A stretch of 64,000 nucleotides of DNA from an uncultured Gammaproteobacteria bacterium (GTDB lineage Bacteria > Patescibacteriota > Microgenomatia > 0-14-0-10-38-17): assembly GCA_964348895.1 (NCBI GenBank), contig CAYGEH010000001.1, positions 246,610 to 310,609 of the forward strand, read 5' to 3'. Made by a program: the position numbers and the translations under genes. The notes beneath the pieces are model-generated. The model was not told where the DNA came from. It worked only from the letters and a program-made list of their open reading frames with translations, and did no database searches. Position 1 is the stretch's first letter; every line of letters begins with the position of its first letter. Shown piece after piece: positions 59,180-64,000 of the stretch.

Positions 59180-59500
59180 TTAAAAGTTAAACTTGTCAGC
59201 AAATTGACCAATGAAAGGAAGGGGCTTCTTTTCACCATTTAAAACATTCATAATCCCCATCACTGCCAGCACTAAACAAGCTAACCACCCTAAAAGGCCA
59301 ATCATCGGACCCAAAACAGGAATTACTCCCACCATACTAATGGCTATTAGTACGATCAGAAGAACCAAGCCCTGTTTGGCATGAAACTGAACAAATTCAT
59401 CTTCTTTGACAGTCAAAAGGGGAATTAAAACTAAAATCCCAATATAGCTTAAAATGGTAACCGCTTTATTATCGTTAACTTTCTTTGTTATTTCAGCCAT
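59180..59500 (-). CDS. DUF4870-family small membrane protein
   Basis: TILSYIGILVLIPLL ... FHAKQGL pattern. Confidence 0.5.
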   Translation of the reverse strand: MAEITKKVNDNKAVTILSYIGILVLIPLLTVKEDEFVQFHAKQGLVLLIVLIAISMVGVIPVLGPMIGLLGWLACLVLAVMGIMNVLNGEKKPLPFIGQFADKFNF

Positions 59501-59847
59501 TTTTTAATAATTTTCACCCCCTTAAATTAATTTAACAACAGAATAGCATAAAAAAAGTTCTTTCACCAATCGGGCTTATTTTAATCTTAACTATTCCCCA
59601 GTCTTCACCAAAGAGCCACATCAATCTTCTTGTTTTGTACTCTTAATTCTTCTTAAAATAACCAGGGGCGGACTTAAAGTTTTAGGCAAAAAAATATTGT
59701 CTTTAACAGCAAAACAACATCTTTATTTCAAAATTCAATTGAAATGAATTATTCTGCTTTTTTAGGGCCACAAAACAATTCAAGTCAACTTTCTTTTCTT
59801 TGTGTTTATTTTTCTAGCTTTCTCTGCTAACAAGCCTCGACTTTTTA

Positions 59848-60234
59848 TTAATGGTGGTGGTTGGCTTCAGCTCGATCAGCCTCAGTCTTAGTTTTGTGAA
59901 CTGTGCCGTCTGGATGATTAGCTGGAGAATAAATGGTATAAAGTTTTAACTTTTCTGAAGCTGAAACATTAACAATGTTATGCTCTGTTCCAGCGGGAAT
60001 AATCACTGCGTCGCCATCACCAACTAGTCTTTCTTCTCCCTCAATAATCACCTTGCCTTCACCGGCCTCAAAGCGAAAAAACTGGTCAACATCACCATGA
60101 ACTTCTTGTCCAATTTCTTCACCAGGGGCAATCGCCATCACGACTAATTGACTATGATCACCAGTAAATAAAACTCGACGAAAGTCCTCATTTTCTAAAG
60201 TTTCCCTTTCAATGTTATTTTGATATCCAATCAT
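59848..60234 (-). CDS. Cupin domain protein (native C-terminal HHH)
   Basis: Two-motif cupin G(X)5HXH...G(X)5PxG..H pattern. Confidence 0.65.
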   Translation of the reverse strand: MIGYQNNIERETLENEDFRRVLFTGDHSQLVVMAIAPGEEIGQEVHGDVDQFFRFEAGEGKVIIEGEERLVGDGDAVIIPAGTEHNIVNVSASEKLKLYTIYSPANHPDGTVHKTKTEADRAEANHHH

Positions 60235-60418
60235 TTCTTTCTCACCTCCTTGTTTTTTTAGCTTATAGTCAAGATAATAAATTAAACGAAGAGTAAAAAG
60301 AGAACTCCTTTGTTAGCCCCTTAGGTTTCTTTACAATAAAGATTATTAATTGATCTTGTCAAGCTTAATGAGCCAAAACAATAAAATATCTTTGGGTAGT
60401 TCTTTTGCAGTTCATTTT

Positions 60419-60928
60419 TTAGTAAACTCTTTTCAGGCCTTCTCCCACCGCTAATCTAAGAAAAACTTGAAATATCGCCGGATCAAGGCTATAAATAATG
60501 GCAAAGGAGGTTATTAGTATTACCACCGCTAACCAGCGAGTGTAAATTCCTCTAGTCCTAACAAACAAAATTACTGACAAAACTGCCATTATCGCTGGTC
60601 CAACTACTTTAACATCGCCCAAGGGAACTAAATAGCCACCGATATATTGCTGGTCGGTTCCCAAAAATTCGGCTAAATTAAAATCAATGTTAAAAAAAAT
60701 TAAAAATATTTCTGCCACCAAAACAACTAGCAACAAAAGCGAAGCCGCTTTAGTTGATCTTCCTTCAGTCCGATAGGCCTCGTAAATAGCTGCTGGTAAA
60801 AGAAAAACAACCATTATCAACGGAGAAGACCGCCAAAAACCCAAACCTATTCCTAAAAGCGCCAAAATAGTACAAGCAACACAAACATGGGGAGCAAATC
60901 TGGTTGGTTTAACCATTAACTTAATCAT
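60419..60928 (-). CDS. Hypothetical polytopic membrane protein
   Basis: 5 predicted TMs. Confidence 0.4.
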   Translation of the reverse strand: MIKLMVKPTRFAPHVCVACTILALLGIGLGFWRSSPLIMVVFLLPAAIYEAYRTEGRSTKAASLLLLVVLVAEIFLIFFNIDFNLAEFLGTDQQYIGGYLVPLGDVKVVGPAIMAVLSVILFVRTRGIYTRWLAVVILITSFAIIYSLDPAIFQVFLRLAVGEGLKRVY

Positions 60929-60962
60929 ATCAGAAAAGTTAAAAAGTGAAAGGGTAAAATAT

Positions 60963-62645
60963 TTGCTATTTTTCCAAACTTTACCTATACTGATGTTTAC
61001 TACTAGGTTAGTCTTGTCTTGGCCAGAAATGTTTAAAATTTTTCAATTTACCGAAAAAAAATCTTTTCAAAATAAAAATATTTTTTTCTGCCATCAACAA
61101 AAAAATATTTATTTTTTAATTACTAACAAAAAAACTGGTCGCATTTTAAAATCTTTCATCAGTCAAGACGGATTTGATTATCAAAGTCATCAACTCAAAA
61201 GCTTAGCTGTCAAAATTTATCCTAAGATTAAGGCCCGCAAAGAATCTTTCCTAAACGAGCGCTACCTTAGCCTGCTTACCCCTGGCAGTGAATATCTTAA
61301 CCCCAAACAATTACAAATTGAAAACGCCTTCGCCACCAGCGAGGGCCTGATAGTTTTCTTTCATTTTCAAGCTGGAAACAAACTTGAGGTGGGGGTGGTC
61401 GCCTTCACTAAAGAAAGCCCTCCTCGACTTCTTTGGCGACACAGCGAACCAGTTTTTTCTTTTGATTCCCTTCCTGAACAAAAAGCTCCCCTTTTTATCG
61501 ATTTAGTTAAATTCAAAAATCGCTATTTGTCTTACTGGCTAATTGATGAGGCTCTTTGGGTGGTTACCTATCCCAACTATCGCATAACCGAACAAATTAA
61601 AATCAGAAAAAAATATCAATTGACTAAACCAAAACAAAACCCCTTAATCAAACCTGAATCTAAAAATGATTGGGAGGCCTTTAATACTTTTAACCCAGCC
61701 GCTATTTATGAAGCTGGAAAAGTTCACATCTTCTATCGAGCTCAGGGTTTTGATTATGTTTCTTCGATCGGTTACGCCACTAGCAGTGACGGTCTCACAA
61801 TTGACGAACGCTTAGACAAACCAGTCTTTGTTCCCATTCAACCCTTTGAAAGCCCTCAAAAACCAGGACAACTAACCTCTTCTTATATTTCTGGTGGCTG
61901 TGGTGGCTGCGAAGACCCTCGACTAACCCGAATTGAAGATCGAGTTTATATGACCTATGTTGCCTTTGATGGGGTAACCGAACCTAGAATCGCCTTAACC
62001 TCAATTAGCATTAAAAACTTTTTAAACCGTAATTGGCTTTGGAAAAAACCTGTTCTTATTTCACCTCCTGGTTTGGTTGATAAAAGTGCTTGTCTTTTAC
62101 CAGAAAAAATTAACGGTCAATATGTTGTTTTTCATCGAATTTTTCCCAACATCTTGATTGATTTTGTTGACTCTCTAGACTTTTCTTCTGGAAAATATTT
62201 AAAAGGAGAATATCGGATTAAGCCTCGATCGCCAATGTGGTGGGACAGTCGAAAAATCGGTGCTGGTGCTCCGCCTCTAAAAACCAAAGAAGGTTGGTTA
62301 TTAATTTATCAAGCTGTTGACGACAAAGAAGGTCATCGCTATAAAGTTGGAGCAATGCTTTTGGATTTAGATAATCCCACCAAAGAGCTTTGTCGTTCTC
62401 GAGAACCAATTATTGAACCAGATCAGTGGTACGACAACGATGGGTTCAAGGCTGGAGTGGTTTATCCCTGCGGGGCGGTTATTATTAACGACACTCTTTT
62501 TGTTTATTACGGCGGAGCCGACTCCTATGTTTGCGTTGCCACTGCTAATTTAGAAGAATTTCTCTATCAGCTAAAAACCAATCAACCTGCTACAATGAAA
62601 AACGCTGTTATTAAACCAAAAAAATTATCCGCCAGAAATGACTAG
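60963..62645 (+). CDS. Glycoside hydrolase family 130-like (beta-mannoside phosphorylase/DUF377 fold) with a roughly 230-aa N-terminal extension
   Basis: FNTFNPAAIYEAGKVHIFYRAQG ... GGCEDPRLTRIEDRVYMTYVAFDG GH130 signatures. Confidence 0.7.
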   Translation: MLFFQTLPILMFTTRLVLSWPEMFKIFQFTEKKSFQNKNIFFCHQQKNIYFLITNKKTGRILKSFISQDGFDYQSHQLKSLAVKIYPKIKARKESFLNERYLSLLTPGSEYLNPKQLQIENAFATSEGLIVFFHFQAGNKLEVGVVAFTKESPPRLLWRHSEPVFSFDSLPEQKAPLFIDLVKFKNRYLSYWLIDEALWVVTYPNYRITEQIKIRKKYQLTKPKQNPLIKPESKNDWEAFNTFNPAAIYEAGKVHIFYRAQGFDYVSSIGYATSSDGLTIDERLDKPVFVPIQPFESPQKPGQLTSSYISGGCGGCEDPRLTRIEDRVYMTYVAFDGVTEPRIALTSISIKNFLNRNWLWKKPVLISPPGLVDKSACLLPEKINGQYVVFHRIFPNILIDFVDSLDFSSGKYLKGEYRIKPRSPMWWDSRKIGAGAPPLKTKEGWLLIYQAVDDKEGHRYKVGAMLLDLDNPTKELCRSREPIIEPDQWYDNDGFKAGVVYPCGAVIINDTLFVYYGGADSYVCVATANLEEFLYQLKTNQPATMKNAVIKPKKLSARND

Positions 62646-64000
62646 TCAAATAAGAATCTTTCGTCATCCCCAAAATCCAATTCTTTCCCCTGATCCAAAG
62701 AATGCCTTTGAAAAAGAAGCTGTTTTTAATCCCACTGTTGTCAAAGACGGTAAACAATACCACCTTTTATATCGGGCAATGTCAGAAAAAAAAGTTCATC
62801 AAGGACAAGAGTTAAGCCTATCCACTATTGGTCATGCTATAAGTCAAGACGGCGTTAATTTTGTCAAAAAAGGACAGTTAATTAAGCCAGAAAAAGAATG
62901 GGAAAAATATGGCTGTGAAGATCCTCGCATTACTAAAATTGATGGGCAGTATTTTATTCTTTATACTGCCTTGTCAGAATATCCTCCTAGACCAGAGGGA
63001 ATCAGGGTTGGTTTGGCTATCAGCAAAGACTTGAAAACAATTCAAGCCAAGCATCTTGTGACCCATTTTAACGCTAAAGCAATGGCTCTGTTCCCAGAAA
63101 AAATTGGCAATCAATATGCGGCCATTTTGACCGCTGATACCGATCGACCCCCCGCTCGAATTGGCCTAGCCTGCTTTAATCAACTTTCTGATCTATGGTC
63201 GCCAGGATTCTGGAATAAATGGTATAAGTGCTTGGATCATTACCGCCACTCAATTAACTTGCGCCGCTTAAATTCTGATCAAATTGAGGTTGGGGCGGTG
63301 CCGGTTAAAACTGAACACGGTTGGCTCTTAGTCTATGCCCATATTCAAAACTACTATAACCCCCAAAAACGTCTTTTTGGTATTGAAGTCGCTCTTTTGG
63401 ATAAAAATAACCCCAGAGAAATTATTGCTCGAACCGATGAGCCGATAATTTCTCCTAGCGTTAAATACGAGCAAAAGGGGGCAGTCGAAAATGTTATTTT
63501 TCCCTCTGGCGCTCTAATAGAAAAAAACACTTTACGAATTTATTACGGAGCCACTGACAACTACAGCGCTTTGGCCGAGGTTAATATGGAAGATTTATTT
63601 TTGGCGATGAGGAAAAATCCTATTAAAGAAGTCTTTTTAATGACTAAACATCATCATAATCCTATTCTCACCCCTCGGAAAGAAAATTTCTGGGAAGCTA
63701 ATTCTGTTTTTAATCCAGCCGCCATCTACGAAGGAGAAAAATTCTATTTGGTTTATCGAGCCCAATCTTTGGATCATACTTCTACTCTTGGTTTGGCCGA
63801 AAGTGACGACGGCTTTCATTTTAAACGCTTTAATGATCCGATCTATTCTCCACGCCGTGACTTTGAGCAGAAAAAAGAACCAGGAAGACTCTCTGGATGC
63901 GAAGATCCTCGCATCACCAAAATGGGCAAAGATTTCTATATGTTTTATACCGCCTATAATGGCATTGATCACCCTAGAGTCGCTATGTCTTCAATTTCCG
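62638..64000 (+). CDS. Protein with two tandem GH130-like modules in one ORF (5' partial; continues past window end); ATGACTAG start/stop overlap with the preceding GH130 gene
   Basis: Module 1 VFNPTVVKDGKQYHLLYRA...GCEDPRITKIDGQYFILYTA. Module 2 from about 63640 VFNPAAIYEGEKFYLVYRA...GCEDPRITKMGKDFYMFYTA. No stop between the modules. Confidence 0.7.
   Translation, partial: MTSQIRIFRHPQNPILSPDPKNAFEKEAVFNPTVVKDGKQYHLLYRAMSEKKVHQGQELSLSTIGHAISQDGVNFVKKGQLIKPEKEWEKYGCEDPRITKIDGQYFILYTALSEYPPRPEGIRVGLAISKDLKTIQAKHLVTHFNAKAMALFPEKIGNQYAAILTADTDRPPARIGLACFNQLSDLWSPGFWNKWYKCLDHYRHSINLRRLNSDQIEVGAVPVKTEHGWLLVYAHIQNYYNPQKRLFGIEVALLDKNNPREIIARTDEPIISPSVKYEQKGAVENVIFPSGALIEKNTLRIYYGATDNYSALAEVNMEDLFLAMRKNPIKEVFLMTKHHHNPILTPRKENFWEANSVFNPAAIYEGEKFYLVYRAQSLDHTSTLGLAESDDGFHFKRFNDPIYSPRRDFEQKKEPGRLSGCEDPRITKMGKDFYMFYTAYNGIDHPRVAMSSIS

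Noticed and set aside
63637-63972. 111-aa minus-strand ORF
   Set aside because: Lies antisense within the well-supported tandem GH130 ORF (62638-64000+); spurious.
1-64000. CRISPR arrays, rRNA genes, transposases, integrases
   Set aside because: No short regularly spaced direct repeats, no rRNA signature sequences, and no DDE transposase or tyrosine/serine recombinase motifs found on reading through. The only large repeat is the 2.4-kb tandem duplication.

Overview
The window is a 64 kb, low-GC (about 38-40% by eye), densely coding bacterial chromosome segment. It is read with the standard genetic code: long uninterrupted ORFs show no UGA recoding. The gene content is consistent with a small-genome Gram-positive-like or Patescibacteria/CPR-like lineage, but this is not proven. 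That content is a class III RNR, a short YidC, PspC, VanW, DUF4012 and GH130 pairs. Housekeeping genes seen: nrdD-nrdG, groES-groEL behind a CIRCE-like operator, trxB, tyrS, trpS, valS, tsaD, rplY/ctc, uppP, rmuC, the rpmH-rnpA-yidD-yidC-jag cluster, nnr, and a csoR-copA copper operon with a consensus promoter and a palindromic operator. Accessory and envelope content: (a) a giant secreted tandem-repeat protein with at least 5 repeats of about 175 aa, running off the 5' end of the window, preceded by a class-A beta-lactamase-like gene; (b) a glycan locus with an epimerase-DUF4012 fusion, a Wzx flippase and an O-antigen-ligase-like protein; (c) a TraD/VirD4-like membrane ATPase next to a tRNA-Ile(UAU); (d) a compositionally distinct block of about 3.3 kb (AGA/AGG codons) carrying tyrS and a DUF62 SAM hydroxide adenosyltransferase gene; (e) the most striking object, a perfectly identical 2.4 kb tandem duplication (49883-52303 and 52316-54737). 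Each copy carries a translationally coupled pair of GC-rich genes: a 411-aa secreted Ala/Gly/Thr-rich protein and a 372-aa protein with an N-terminal signal and C-terminal TM anchor, neither with recognisable family motifs. Other notable points: the NrdD glycyl-radical domain is a separate 46-aa ORF, a J-like domain is fused to an S41 peptidase, and tandem GH130 modules sit in one ORF at the 3' edge. No CRISPR, rRNA, transposase or integrase was found. The ORF track omits ORFs without an in-window stop (1-2621 minus strand; 62638-64000 plus strand) and ORFs under 60 aa (rpmH, the NrdD C-terminal peptide). It also uses TTG/GTG starts that are probably too far upstream in places.
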